From assembly GCF_036321535.1 (NCBI RefSeq), contig NC_087436.1:19718001-19782000 (forward strand): a stretch of 64,000 nucleotides of DNA, read 5' to 3'. Below the pieces are notes generated by a model. The model did no database searches. It saw only the letters and a list, made by a program, of their open reading frames with translations, and was not told where the DNA came from. This stretch comes from Camelus dromedarius. Its lineage: Eukaryota. The translations under genes were made by a program, and so were the position numbers. Shown one piece after another: positions 50,605-64,000 of this stretch (position 1 is its first letter; each line of letters starts with the position of its first letter).

Positions 50605-53600
50605 TAGGATTTTTCTAAGACTTTCTCTTTTAAGACTAGTTTTAGGTTCACAGCAAAATCAAGGGGAAGGTGCAGAGATTTTCCACATATTCCCTGCTTC
50701 TACACATAGCCTCCCCTCGCTGTCAGCATCCTCAACCAGAGTGGTACATTTGTTTCAACTGATGAACCAACATTGACACATCATAGTCACTCCAAGTCTA
50801 TCATTTACATTAGGCGTGAAGTGGTACCTTGTGGTTTTGATTTGCACTTCCCTGATGATAAGTGACACTGAGCATCTTTGCATGTGTCTGTTGGCCATCT
50901 GTATGTCTTCTTTGGAAAAATGTCTATTCAGGCCCTCTGCCCATTTTTTAATTGGGCTGTTTGTTTTTTATGTGTAATATGGACATTGCAACAATATTAA
51001 TCCTTCCAATTCATGGACATGGTTTATATTTTCATTCGCTTGTGTCATCTTCAATTCCTTTTATCGATGTCATAGTTTTCAGAGTACAGGTCCTTCACCT
51101 TCTTGGTTAAATTATTCCTAGGTATCTTATTCTTTTTTGATGCAGTTGCAAAGAGGATTGATCTTTTAATTTCTCTTTCTTCACAAATGTATTGTTTCTT
51201 TTTCTAAAATGTATAAAATGTTCCTGCTCTGGTCACTTCTTCAGGTCTTTATTCTCTTGTGAAGTCACCCATATATATTATATACATACAAAAGTTCAAT
51301 AAAATTTATATGCTTTCCTCCTGTTAATTGTCTTTGTCAGTTTAATTTTCAGACTCAGCCAGGGATCCTAGAAGGACTGAGGAAACCTTTTTCCTCCCCT
51401 ACAGTAATCTGTGTCTTTTTTCTTTTCCTCTTCACCTGGTTAGTGGCTTACCTATTTTATTGACATTTTCAAAGAACGCGCTTTTTGTTTTGCTGAGTTT
51501 TTCTATTGATTTCTTGTTTATAATTTCATTGGGTTTTGCTCTTATTCTTACTATTTCTTATCTTCTGCTTATTTTGGATCCAATTTTCTCTTCTTTTCCT
51601 GTTTCCTAAGGTGAAAGCTTAGGTGAGTGATTTTTAGCTCTTTCTTCTTTTCTAATATATACCCCTTCAATATGACAAATTTCCCTCTAAGAGCTCCTTC
51701 GCTGCATTCCACAAATTCTGATATGTTTTGTTTTCATTTTCATTTAGTTCAAAATATTTTTATTCTTTTTTAACCCATGCATTATTTAGGAGTGTGTTTT
51801 TTAATCTCCATGTTTTTGCATTTCCAGGTATCTTTCTGCTATTGATTTTTAGTTGAAATCCATTGTGGTCTGAGGGTAGGCATTCTGTGATTGCCATTCT
51901 TTTACATTTGTTAAGGTGTGTTTTATGGCCTCGGATACAGTCTATTTTGACTGTTTCACATGAGCTTGAGGAAAATGTGTATTCTGCTCTTGTTGGATGA
52001 AATTGTCTATAAATATCAATAAAATTGTCTACAAATACCAATTGATTGATGGTACTATTGAGCTCCACTGTGTCCTTCCCTGTTTTCTGCCTCTTGGATC
52101 TGTCCATTTCCGATAGAGGGGTGTTGAAATCTCCAACGCTGGGGATGGATGCATCTGTTTCTCCTTGCAGTCCTGTCAGTTTTTGCCTCACATAGTTTTA
52201 CACACTGCTGTTAGGCACGTACATGTTAAGGATGGTTATGTCATGTCTTCTTGGTGAACTGACCACGTTATTATTATTGAATGTCCTTCTTTATCCCTAA
52301 TAATTTTCCTTGCTTTGAAGCATGTTCCATCTAAAATTAACACAATTACTGCTGATTTCTTTTTTTTTAACATTTTTTATTGATTTATAATCATTTTACA
52401 ATGTTGTGTCAAATTCCAGTGTTCAGCACAATTTTTCAGTCATTCATGGACATATACACACTCATTGCCACATTTTTTTCTCTGTGAGTTATCATAACAT
52501 TTTGTGTATATTTTTGATTAGTGTTAACATGGTATATTTTTTCTGCATCCACTTTTTTCATCTGTACGTATATTTATATTTAAAGTGGGTTTCTTGTACA
52601 CAACATGTATTTGAGTCTTGTTTTTATCTGCGCTGACAATTTAATTGGCGCCTTTAGACCACTGACACTCAAAATGATGATTTATAAGGTCGGATGAATA
52701 TCCAACATACTTGTTACTGTTTTCTCTTTGTTGCCCTGTTCTTTGTTCCTATTTTTCTTTTCTTTTTTCTGCCTTTTGTGGTTTTAATGGAGCATTTTAT
52801 AAGATTCCATTTTCTCTCCCTTTTGGCATATTAGTTATATTTCTCTGTTTACTTTTCAAATAATTATCCCAGAGTTTACAATATATATTTACAACTAATC
52901 CAAGACAGCTTTCAAATAACACTGCATGGCTTCATGGGCAGTGCAAGTTCCTTATAAGAACAAACCACTCCTCTTTCCCCCTTCTTGCCCCTTGTTTCAT
53001 TGCTGTCATTCATTTCACTGACCCGAATCTCACACAAGCAGACATATGCTATAAAAGTTTTCACTTCACCTTCACTTACTTATTCTCTGGTGCTCCTTCT
53101 TTTACATAGATCTGAATTTTATATAGATCTAAATTTCTGACTTACACTTTTTTCCTTCTCTCCAAAGAACTTCTTTTAACATTTCTTGCAAGGCAGGTCT
53201 ACTGGCAACAAATGCCTTCAATTTGTGCTTGTTTGAGAAAGTTTTTGTTACTCCATTACTTTTGAACAAAATGCCACGGGGTAGAGAATTCTAGGTTGGT
53301 GGGTTTTTTCTCTCAACACTTTAAAATATTTCACTCCAATCTCTTCTTGTTTACATGGTTTCTGAAGAGAAGTTGAATATAATTCTTATCTTTGTCCCTC
53401 TGTAGATAAGAATCTTTTTTTTCCATCTGCCTTATTTCAGGAATTTTTCCTTGTCTTTGATTTTCTGTAGAAAATGATATAGCTGGGGGTTTTTTGTTTT
53501 TGTTTCTGGGTTTTTTGTTTGTTTGTTTGCCATTTATCCTGCTTCGTGTTCTCTGGGCTTCCTGGATCTGTGGTTTGGCGTCTGACATTAATTTGGTGAA

Positions 53601-54885
53601 ATTCTTTGTGATCTTTGTTTTAAATATTTCTTCTGTAACTTTCTCTTTTTCTTCTCCTTCTGCTATTCACATCATGTGTACACTACATTTTTTGCAGTTG
53701 TCCCACAGTCCTTGGATATTCTGTTCTTTTTCTTTCAGTTTTTCTTCTCTTTTCTTTTCAGTTTTGGAGGTTTCTATTGACATATCCTCAAACTCAGAGA
53801 CTCTTTCCTCAGCCATGTCCAGTCTACAATAAGCCCATTAAAGGCCTTCTTCATTGGGTTGTAGTGTTTTTCATTTTTAGCAATGCTTTTTGGTTCTTTC
53901 TCAGGATTCCTAACTCTCTGCTTAAACTGTTCATCTATTCTCACATGCTGTCTACTTTATCCGTTAGGGCCTGTATATGTTAGTCATAGTTGTTGTAAAT
54001 TCCTGACCTGGTAATTCCAACATCCCTTCCATGTCTGGCTCTGATGCTTGCTCTTTCTCTTCAAATTGTGCTTTTTCTCTATAGTATGCCTTGTTATTTC
54101 TTCTCGATAGCTGGACATGATACTAGGTAAGAGGAACTGCTGTAAAAAGGCCTTTAGTGATGCGGTAGTGAAGTGTGGGAAGGGAGGGAAAGTATTCTAT
54201 AGTTCTAGGATTGGAGCTCAGTCTTTCAGTGAGCCTGTGCCTCTGAACTGTGAACTTCCCAGGTTCCCTCCCCCTTAGGTGGAACAGGGCAGCTAGATTG
54301 CGTGGGACAAAGGTGTTTCCTTTCTCTCAGATTAGTTAAACTCTAATAATTCCCCAGCAGGTTAGACACTGGCTAACTAGTTTCCCCTGAGGGACAGACT
54401 TGTTAAAAAGAAGAGTTCTCTGGCATTTTTCAAAATGTTTTTCCCCCTTCCCTATGCCAATAGCATTAGAGGATTTTTTTTCCAGTATTTACTGTGAGAA
54501 GCTTGTTGAGCTCCTAGAGGCAAACCCATAGAAGTATTGGGGGGGGGGGGACTCCTATGACTCGGTTCCCTGACATTTTTCACTCTCAGAGTTGTCCACA
54601 CTGAGCTTCTAGCAATTCATCAACCAGTTCCAGTTTTCCTACCCTGGCACTTGTTCCTACGGGAGTTTCTGGTATTGAGTCTCTGCTCTCGTAAGCCCTG
54701 GTACCCTGCGTTTGCCTCTCTGTCTCTCCAATCTTGAGGGCGGAGGTTTGCCCTGTGACTTCATCTCTCTTACAGGTACAAGGAGACTTGTTGATTTTTC
54801 AGTCTATCCTGCTTTTTATCTGTTGTTAGGATGGAGTGGTGACTTCCAAGCTCCTTACGTGCAGCGCCTTAAACCAGAAGTTCCA
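50605..54885 (-). mobile_element. Old L1 (ORF1 and ORF2 endonuclease region) with nested younger L1 pieces and an ERV1-type LTR fragment (~51180-51403)
   Basis: ORF 51760-52191 (VGDFNTPLSEMDRS...SDHNG); ORF 53331-53588 (PQIQEAQRT); LTR end 'ttcctcccctaca'. Confidence 0.85.
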
Positions 54886-55329
54886 GACAGGATTTTTCAC
54901 ACAGGAGGAGACATACTTGCTGGGGCTGCATTTACACAGCTGCCTTTTTCTATTCAGTTCAAAAATCTCCAGGACAGGACTCAGATCATCCTGATTGGGT
55001 CCTGTGCCTGCTCCTATGTACATGATACGCGATATTATGATAAGTGAACCCAAAAGCTTGTGTTTGGGTTGGAGAAAGAAGACATTTCTAAAACAAAAAA
55101 AGAGGCATTTCCTAGAAGACAGGAGAAATGTTAGCTGAGTTATTAGATACCCACAGAGTTCTAGCACATTGAGATAATTTCCTTTGTTTTCCATCTATGA
55201 GAAATTCACACCACTTACGTATCAGTTATATTAAATATGATTTATATAATTCATGGCTTTCTTTTTTGTGTGATTTGAAGAGAGTTTTTTTTGCTTTATT
55301 TTTGTTTTATTTTTCTCAAAGAAATTATA

Positions 55330-55365
55330 CTTATGTACTAGATTTCGTCAGAGAAAAATCAATAG

Positions 55366-55415
<50 letters not shown>

Positions 55416-55720
55416 TTTACTTTGAGAAATTGATTATAAGGATGGCTTATGCAATTATGAAGGCTGAGAAGTTCCACATGCAGGAAAAAGGAGCAAGTTC
55501 CTCCTTCCTGTGCCTTGTGGAGTCTTCTGTCCCTCAGTGAATTGAATGATACCACCTGTATTGGGGAGGGCAACCGACTTGACTGAGTCCATTGATTCAA
55601 ATGCTAAATTCATCTAGAAACACTCTTTCAGACACATCAATAAATTATATTTAATCTGGGCACCCTGCAACCAGTCAAGTTGACTCTGTTTAAATTGTTC
55701 ATAAAATTAATGACCACAAC
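55330..55720. mobile_element. MLT2-like LTR containing (GATA)n(GACA)n at 55367-55415
   Basis: 'cagagaaaaatcaatagga(taga)n...gaaattg...caattatgaaggctgagaagttcc...cagtcaagttgac'. Confidence 0.75.
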
Positions 55721-56584
55721 TTAGTTTTTAAAAGTCAATTATCACAAGACTTTTCATTTAAATAAGGAAAAAAGCCTCCCTCCTTATCCTGATTTCCGCT
55801 CCCAGAGAGCATCACTTTCAAATCTTTCAGCTAATGTTTCTAGTATTTACCTACATATTCTTCAGTAACATGGCCCCATTGCTGTATCTTGACTTTTAAA
55901 TGTTCGGGTGTGATGTATCAGTCTCCTACTCTGGAAGCGGAGACTCCAGCTCTATTCCGATTCCCTCTCCTCTACACACCCTTCTTACATCCTCCCAATA
56001 CAACCATTATACAATTTCTGATTAAGCTGTGAAAAAACTGTTAGCAGTCAAGGCATGTTGAATATTATGGATGTGTTTTATCATTCTTGTCCAGCTGTTT
56101 TGTTTCCCGCAGGAGACCATCCCCCGGTCTTCTATGTAACTCTCGTGTTATCTCCAAACTCTTCAGCTGCATCCCTCTCTTTACTGTGACTAAGCACATC
56201 AAGCAACCTCGCAGTCCCTTTCCCCCACTTTGGTACTTTCCTCCCAGAGCCCTCTGTCCTCTTTCTGGGCTGGCTGCACAGCCAGTGCTCAGGACTTCCG
56301 GTCACCATCACCCTGGGAATTCCCGCTGCCTCTCTTCAGTGTTGGATGCCCTGTTTCCTCTTTCTTGGGTTATTATGTCATGTTGGTGGAGCACATCCTC
56401 CAGGAACTTCCTGAAAAAGAAATAGAAGGGAAATTTGTTGAGATCTTGCATGCTTTGGAATATCATTTCTACCCCCAAACTTGATTGGTATTCTAGAAAT
56501 TTAGAGAATTATAGATTGGAAATCTTTTCCAGCAAAGGTTTTTAAGGACATTGCTATTTTGCCTTTTTGCTTGAAGTGTTAACA

Positions 56585-58950
56585 CAAAGATCTTGAAGAA
56601 GCGAGGGAGCAGGCCACTGCGGGAAGAGCATTCCAGACGGTGAACATTCCAGGGTAAAGAGCCCGTAGGGTGAGAGGCTGGAACAGCAGGGACTCACGCT
56701 GGCTGGGGCGGCATTTGCCAGGGGGAGAGAGGTTAGGTGTGGAGTGCGAGAGGTAGTCAGTGGCCAGATCGCATCAGGCTTTGGAGGTTTTTTATAAGGA
56801 TTTGGCTTTGATCCTGAATAAGCTGGGGAGGCAATGAAGGGTTATGAGCAGAGACATGTCATGATCTGAATTATATGTTTAAAGGATCATACTGGCCACT
56901 GTGTTGAGAATAGACTGAGTGAGCAAAGGGCAGAGATAGGGAGACCCGTTAGGAGGTGACCACAGGAAGCCAACCAGCAGTAACAGGATGTACGCAGCCC
57001 GGGGTGTTTCAGTCAGTGGCGCTGAAAGCATTGAATGGTGTTCAGTGTCTGATTATGTTTCGAGTGTGGAGTCCACAGGATATGCTAATGATGGTAGGTG
57101 GGATAAAGGAAGAGTGGAGTCAAATATCACACTAGTGTTTTTACCTGAACAAATGGAAGGAAGGAGTTGCTGTTACTGAAATGAAGAGGCAGAGGAGGAG
57201 CTCAGGTTTGGACTTCTCAGCTGGAGATACTATTAGACACATGAGTGCAGATCTCAAGTGGACAGCTGGATAAGGGAGTCTGGAGTTAAGGGGAGAGTTC
57301 TAGGCTAGACAGATAAGTGTTGAAGTCATCAGCATACAAATAATGACAAAATTGGTGAGAGCGATGAAGGAGTGAGGGAATCCAGAAAAGAGCTCTGAGG
57401 ACTTAGATCTGGGGCATGTCAGTGTAGTAAAGATGTGGGAGCAGAGGAAGACTCCATCATGGAGACTAAGAAGGAGTGGCCAGGGATGTAAAAAGAAGAC
57501 CAGAAAACGGCTCTGAGGAAGGGGGTGATCTACTGCTGGTTGATTAAGTCAGAAAAGACTGAGAATTAACCTTTGGAGTTCATATCATGGAGGTCATCAG
57601 TCACATATTAGATCTGCCTGCAAGAGTTAAAACATGATTGGAGTGGGTTCAAGAGGAAGCGGAAGAACAGAAATAGAGACAGTAAACATAGACAACTCTT
57701 TAAATTTTGTCCTGAAGGGGAGCAGAGACATAATATAAGGAAGAGGTTGTATTTTTTTTTTAATGAAAAATATTATAGCATATTTGTTGGCTGGTGAGAA
57801 TGACCCAAGAAAGGGGGAAAAACAACAACAATCAATGACACAGGAAAGAGAAGGGACCAGTACTGGAATGTACAAGCAAGTGGATGGAATCTAGAACACA
57901 AGTAGAGAGATTATTTTAGCTCAGAGCACGGATAGTCTGGATACAGACAGAGTTTACCAACAGATGCAAGTGAATGTGGTGGTGAGGATAAACAGAGGTA
58001 CACTTCAGATTGCTTTCATTTTCTCAGTGAATTAGGAAGTAAGGTTATTAACTTTAAATGAAGGGTTGGGGGAGAGGAGATAGTATAGAAGATGCTAATG
58101 GTCATTTAGGAGGGTAGGAGAGGAAAAAAAGTTGGAGAGTGGACAGTACCTAGACAAGGAAAAGGTGGTAGGATTTCTAACTAACACAAAAAGCTCACTG
58201 GAGGTGAGAGATAATGAATTTAAAATGGGGCCACCTAAGGTTATAGCTCAGTGGTAGAGCACCTGCTTAGCATGCATGAAGTCCTGGGTTCAATCCCCAG
58301 TACCTCCATTAACAAATAACTAAACGTAATTATCTCCCCACCAAAAAGAAAAAATAAATAAATAAAATAGGGCCCCCTAATATGGATATGGATTTTCCAC
58401 CATACTTGTTAAGTTGCATGCATGTGAGACCATATGAAGTAGAAAGCTGGATTAAACCAGGACAGAGTTCTCATCAAGAAAATACACCTAAGGGAAAGAG
58501 GAGCGAGAGAGTTGAGAGTGTACGCAAAGCAATGTTTTTAATGATAGAGTGTGAAATATAAACCAGGTAAGGATCAGAGGTTGATGAGAAACTAAGAAAA
58601 AGTGGTGGGATCAGATTTACTGACTTTAGGTCCTGAAGGACTTGAAATATTTTGGGAGTTGGGATGTGAGTGAAAGGGAACTAGAAAAATAGGCAATGGT
58701 GGTCAGAAGGTTGGAAGCTTAAAGTTAAGATTATCAAGTTAATATCAATGTAGTTACTTGGTGTTGGCAAAGTCTAGGATTTGACCACTGAGAAGAAGTT
58801 GCCTGAAAAAATGATGAAAATTAATTAAATAATTGAAGGAAAGGAGGTCAAGGAACTGAGTGGCCAGGATTCCGGGAGAAGTATCTACATGGATATTGAG
58901 TTGCCAAGAATTCTATGAGGGCTTCCGTATTGGAGAGAGTGATTGTAAGT
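56585..58950 (-). mobile_element. Long L2 fragment
   Basis: 'aaaggatcatactggccactgtgttgagaatagactg...gttaggaggt' and 'gaagtcatcagcatac'. Confidence 0.8.
58239..58365 (+). mobile_element. Vic-1-like SINE
   Basis: 'tatagctcagtggtagagc...gggttcaatccccagtacctcc'; TSD taaaatggggccacctaa/taaaatagggccccctaa. Confidence 0.92.
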
Positions 58951-59539
58951 CAGGGGTTGATTTTCTCTCATTCTGAGTATTTGTGCTCATGAGTTTATCA
59001 ATCTGGAGACTCATATTCTTCAGTTCTGAGAAAGTTTCTTGAATTATATTTTGGATAATTTCCTCCCTCTGTTTTCTACATTTCCTCTTTCCTGAACTCC
59101 TGTTGGTAAATGATAGGTCTCCTGGTTTGATCCTCTAATTTACTTGACCCTCTCATTTTTCTCTCTCTGTCTTTTTGCTTGGTTTCTTAAGACTTGTCTT
59201 CTAGCCCTTCTGTTGGGTCTATTATTTCTGTTATCTATTTTTATTTTTCAAGGGTTATTGCTTATTCTCAAAATTTTCCTTTTTTTCATTTAACAGCATG
59301 TTCTTATTTCATGGATGCAATATTTTATCTTATATTTCTAAGGTCACTTATAAGTTTGTTTAGTTTGTTTAAATGTTGGTTTTTGTTTTTTTGGTTTTTT
59401 GTATTTTGCTGCATTGTCTTTGTTTACTCCAAGTTGCCTTTGTTCATTTGTTTGTCTGTTTGTTTTAATCTATATTTTATGTTAGACTTTCCACACATGT
59501 CTGGTGATATCTGACTGTTTCTATCTAAAAGTGAAGCAC

Positions 59540-62500
59540 TGTCTTAGTCGGGCTGCCAGAAAGTCTCCTTGGAGATTCCCATTTCCTGCAGAGGGCAGAC
59601 TGTGGTGAAAAATCAAGCCAGGAGTTAATTATAAGGGTAACAGAACTGAAAAGGAGATTGAAGGCACAGGCCAGGCAGGCTTCTTCTACAAAAGTCAAAG
59701 CCCTGGTAGGGAGGAAATGGGCCCTGAGAACTGGGACGGGGACATGTGAGCAGGTGCACCAGAGAATCTTGCACCCCTAGATGACCCTGAACCACCCAAG
59801 CTGACAAAATCATCCCTCACCCTGTTTTGGTGAAGAGAACAACTTCCCCATTGCCTAGAGACCCTACAAACTCCTCGTCTGAAGCAAACACCTCCCAGGT
59901 TATGCTTGTCAACCTCAAAGTCTGCCCCTACCTCCCTTCACTGCCTCTACTCCAAAAACTAGGCACAGGTCTCAGCAGAGCCTGAGCTCCTGTTTGGGAG
60001 ATGCGATCATTTTTATTTTCTAAAGATGGCGGCAACAATGTCCTTCATCCGCGTGGCTTTTCTAGAACGCAACCTGGCCTTCCCCTACCAGGAGACGGAA
60101 TCTAATTGCCCTCCCCTTGAATCCAGGCTGGACCTGACTCACTTTGAGCAGCAGTGTGCAGCGGAAGTGCTGCTGCGTGATTTCCAAGGCTGGCCTACAG
60201 GCTGATGCAGCTACTGCCTTGTGCATGGGGACGTTTGCCTTTGTAGACCTGAGCTACCACGTCAGAGGAACAATGACCCTCTGGCCACCTTGCTGTAAGG
60301 AAGCCAAGGCACATGAAAAGCAAGGACCCTGGTTGCTTTGGTAAAAGACTTCATGCTGATAGTGGATGTGCATTTCTATCTTCCTCTTGTGAATGCAAAA
60401 TCCTTTAGCAATAGCCTCCTGCTTAGGGCCAAAGGCTGTGTTTTAGGGATTGCGTTTATTCGTCATTCGCCACCTGGTCCTAGGGGTATGTTAACTCCTC
60501 CTTTCTGCTACAGTACCATCGGCAGGGACCTTGATCATCTTGACATCCTGCAGAACCTTATACTGGGCCATTACATCGATGACAGCCTATAATTGAACTT
60601 GGTTTTTTGAAGAAGCAAGTGTGCTGGCTGCTTTAATAAAATGCCTCATGCTGGAGGATGAGGAATAAACCCTACAAAGTTTCTGAAGTCTGCCCCATCA
60701 GGAAATATTTTAGAGGCCCAAAGATCTGGACCAGCCTATCTAAAAGGATGTGTTACATTTACTACCGCAAGAAAGAGGCACAGAACTTGGTGAGCTACTT
60801 TGGATTTCTAAGCAAAACAAAAGAAAACAAAATTACACTTGAGAATACTACTCTGACCCATTTATCAGAAGACTGTTGGTTTTGAGGGGGCCTGAGAGAG
60901 TATTTGAATAGCCTCTTAAAGATTCAGCTAAGGAATCAGCTTAAGGATGATACCTTATATGGTTGGGTCACTGTCCTCAAGGATGCAGCATATATGTTAA
61001 ACTAATGATCACTATATGTAATAAGTTTATGTGCTGTATCCCCAATATGTAGAGCACACAGGAATGGTCATTAAAAGATCCGAGTAGCTTTGGCCCCATT
61101 CACCATATTCCCAGAGACCATTCGTGGAAATTGTGTTCTTAATCCTCGTGACTTAGGCTGTGCCAGATCAAAGGCCTTGTCCTCAGCATGTGTGTCTAGA
61201 GCCGGGGATAATTTCAGTAAGTATACAGTCATGGTTTTACCGCACCTAAGCCAGTAATGGTCACCTGATGATTTGGGGATCCTCAAGTTGACAGATCAAC
61301 AGGTAAAAATGGGAATTACTATCCTGGTGGGGGTAACTGACTGATTATCTTGTAGAGTTGGAGTTACTGCTTCATAATGGGGACAGAAAGGAAAATATCT
61401 GGAATTTGGAGGGTTCACTGGGACACTCCTTAATGCTTTTATCCCTGGTGATGATGGTAGATGTGTCAGAGCAGGCAGGCAGCTAAATACGAGCAGAGAA
61501 AGGGGGACATGGGCAAATAGTAGAAAACCATATATCTTGTGAACAACGGGGGTCCTTGGACAGACCAAGAAAAACAGGATCCTCTGGACTGATAAAAAAA
61601 ACCATACCTTCTGGGTTGGTAAGTGTCCTGGAGACAGAAGGCTGGGACAGGACAGGAATCCCCACCATCCGAATGTAACCTTTCAATCATTATGACCTTC
61701 ATCCAAATCTAAACTTTCGCTGATGATACCCCCATCCGAATGTAACCTTTTGTTCATTATGACCTCATCCGACTTCCTGATCGAGACTAAATAAAGATGA
61801 AAAATCCCTCCTCCCCATCTGGGAATGTGGAGCTGGGATGAAGATCAGGAAAGATGATGCCAAACCCCTCCCAGCCAACGAATATTCTGCCCATTCGTTT
61901 TTACCCCCATATAACAAGCTTGCCAAGGAAACCCAGGGCAGCCACCCACCTGGGTGTGCACGCTGTTTCCTTGAGAGTGTACCACCTATCTCTTAATAAA
62001 TCCTTGCTTTGCTTTCTTAACCTCTGTGTCTTGTCTCTAAATTCTTTCTGTGATAAGACAAGAACCTCTCGCCCCACAACAGAAGGATGATTCAAGTAAC
62101 CAAGGCCTGACAAGCAGGAAGTAACCAGAGCTCAACTGCTCAGAGTTGAAGGTCTGGTCATCCTACGAGCAAGCAACTGGTCTAGTGGAAGTGTTGGCTA
62201 AGGGTAAGGGAAATCTAGAATCTAGACTAGGGGGCAGAGGAGAGAGATAATGGCTATAGATTATGGCCTTGGGATCAGCCACAGCAGTGAAGAGTGTGGC
62301 TTGTTTCACTTATTCTGCTGTTCCTGGTCTTTTTTGGAGATTGCAGGCAGTCACAATCTTTTTATCATTTTATTTTGTTGAAATGTAGTTGATTTACAAT
62401 GTTAGTTTCAGGTGTACAGCAAAGCGATTCAGTTATACCTATATATACAGATACATATTTTTCAGGTTCTTTTCTGATGCAGCTTATTACAAGGAACTGA

Positions 62501-63130
62501 ATATAGTTCCCTTCATTCCAAGTAGGTCCTTGTTGTTTATCTATTAATCTAGTGATGTATATCTGTTAATCCCACACTCCTAATTTATCCCACCCCCAAA
62601 GTCAGTAACAGAGTAAACTTGAGGTGGGCGAGGGAAGATCAGATCAGAGCAAGGTGTAAACGTGGTGGCCACTTGTGATGCCCTCCTCACACTCCTGGTC
62701 CACCTCTTGGTTTCCCTGTTTGCATACACAGGGACACCTTGCTACCTGGAGTGCCACAGCTCTCTGCTTCTCTGCCTGAGGCCCTTCTTAGCCCGGGCAG
62801 TTCGAGTGGCCTGGAAGTGCTGGGATTTCATACCTCCCAGGTCAGCCCTTAGCCAGTGAGGCTCAAGAGTCAGAAGATGCTCCAACTTGCCTACCCCTCA
62901 GGGGGTTAGTTCTGGGGCACATTCTACCTGGCTTCTTAGAGCGCCCCCAGGGGAGGTGAGCCCAGGTTGTCTAAAGCGGTAGTCTGCTCACCAAGGCTCC
63001 TTTTGGGCTTTCCTCCTTCCCTTCTCTCCCCTGCCCACTCCATCCCACGAGCCTTCTGAGATCACCAAGTAAGCTCCCCCGAGTCCGGTCTCCCTCACAG
63101 GGTCCTCATTTGCTGGGGCCCAGGCAAAGA
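59540..63130 (+). mobile_element. Fragmented ERVL-type internal sequence with LTR16-like end (~62660-63130) and nested MLT1-like (~59995-60320) and L1 (62360-62600) pieces
   Basis: RT-like RDLDHLDILQNLILGHYIDD (ORF 60338-60592). Confidence 0.65.
61464..62081 (+). mobile_element. Younger solo LTR (ERV1-like) with an internal ~42-bp direct repeat
   Basis: TG...CA ends, TATA-like 'catataa' (~61910), AATAAA at 61995, near-TSD gatg/gaag; repeat 61660-61704 matches 61730-61770. Confidence 0.75.
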
Positions 63131-64000
63131 TGGTGAGCTTCCGTTTTAAGTTTGCCTACCTAGGTTCACTTGCGATTTGCTACTAAAACATTTTTGCTGA
63201 GGAAAAATAATACAATTTTAGTCCATAGGCCTAAAGAATATGTATTTGTAGTAACAGTAAAAATGTAAGGAACCGTTTTTAAAGTAACTTATTTTCACTA
63301 GTTCATAAAGAATGAGATTGAACTTTGAAAAAATACGCAGTAATACATACTTATGCCATAAGAAGAAGAAGATTTTAATAACTGTGAAAAGAGTTGGCAG
63401 GGATGTCAACTATCAAGGGATTATTTGGAAATTGTTATCACTGGCCAACTATGAAGATTAATGAAATCAACATTTTCATGATGCAGGAGAAATGAATGTC
63501 ATAATTCAAACTTAACAGATATGTGTTTTTCCTTTAAAAGTTGTTTGAGCTATTAGGGTACTCAGTGACCATTTATCTTTCACTTTACAGAATATTTTCA
63601 TAGGTATGCATACACACAAACACACACACCCATCTTCGAGTTCTACGCATCTTCCCAGTGTAGCTCTACAGACTGATACATTTTAACTTTGCATGCAGCA
63701 TTTCCTCTAGAATGTAGCTGACAAAGAAACCCATGTTGGGGGCCCGTGTAGGGTAGTTCCTTTATCTCCTGCACACAGTATGAAACACCCCAGAAGTAGG
63801 ATTGCTAAGCCAAATTTAGCAGGACCGCCACATGCACAGAGAGGAAGACGATGTCAGTGTTGTTCTGAGAAAGCCAGAGAGTGGTCAAAAGTCAGGAATA
63901 AACAATCTGCTCCTTTTGAACTGCACAAATATTTGTTGACTCTGTACCATTTTATTTGTCTTCACTTTTGATGGGATGTTGGTTTATGAAACCAAATGCT

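Noticed and set aside
1..64000. CRISPR arrays, operons or other prokaryotic systems
   Set aside because: The sequence is mammalian; there are no regularly spaced repeat-spacer arrays or dense ORFs

Overview
AT-rich, repeat-dense mammalian DNA, most likely camelid: five copies of a tRNA-derived SINE resemble the camelid Vic-1 family. I found no intact protein-coding gene. Most listed ORFs are decayed L1, L2 or ERV sequence, or chance ORFs. Repeats include L1 (several ages), L2, MIR, CR1/L3, hAT elements (MER58, MER3, MER53, MER5, Charlie1), an ERV1 env relic and a two-LTR ERVL-type provirus relic. The best candidate for something new is a repeat-poor block at about 23.6-29.7 kb. Its right half (about 26.7-29.4 kb, + strand, split by an old ERVL-class LTR) carries degenerate, correctly ordered matches to Mononegavirales L-polymerase motifs, suggesting a very old non-retroviral endogenous viral element. 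Its left half holds a 190-bp duplication and a minus-strand, exon/intron-shaped relic that starts with a signal-peptide-like frame. All protein and repeat-family comparisons were made by eye against remembered sequences and need database confirmation. Repeat boundaries are approximate.
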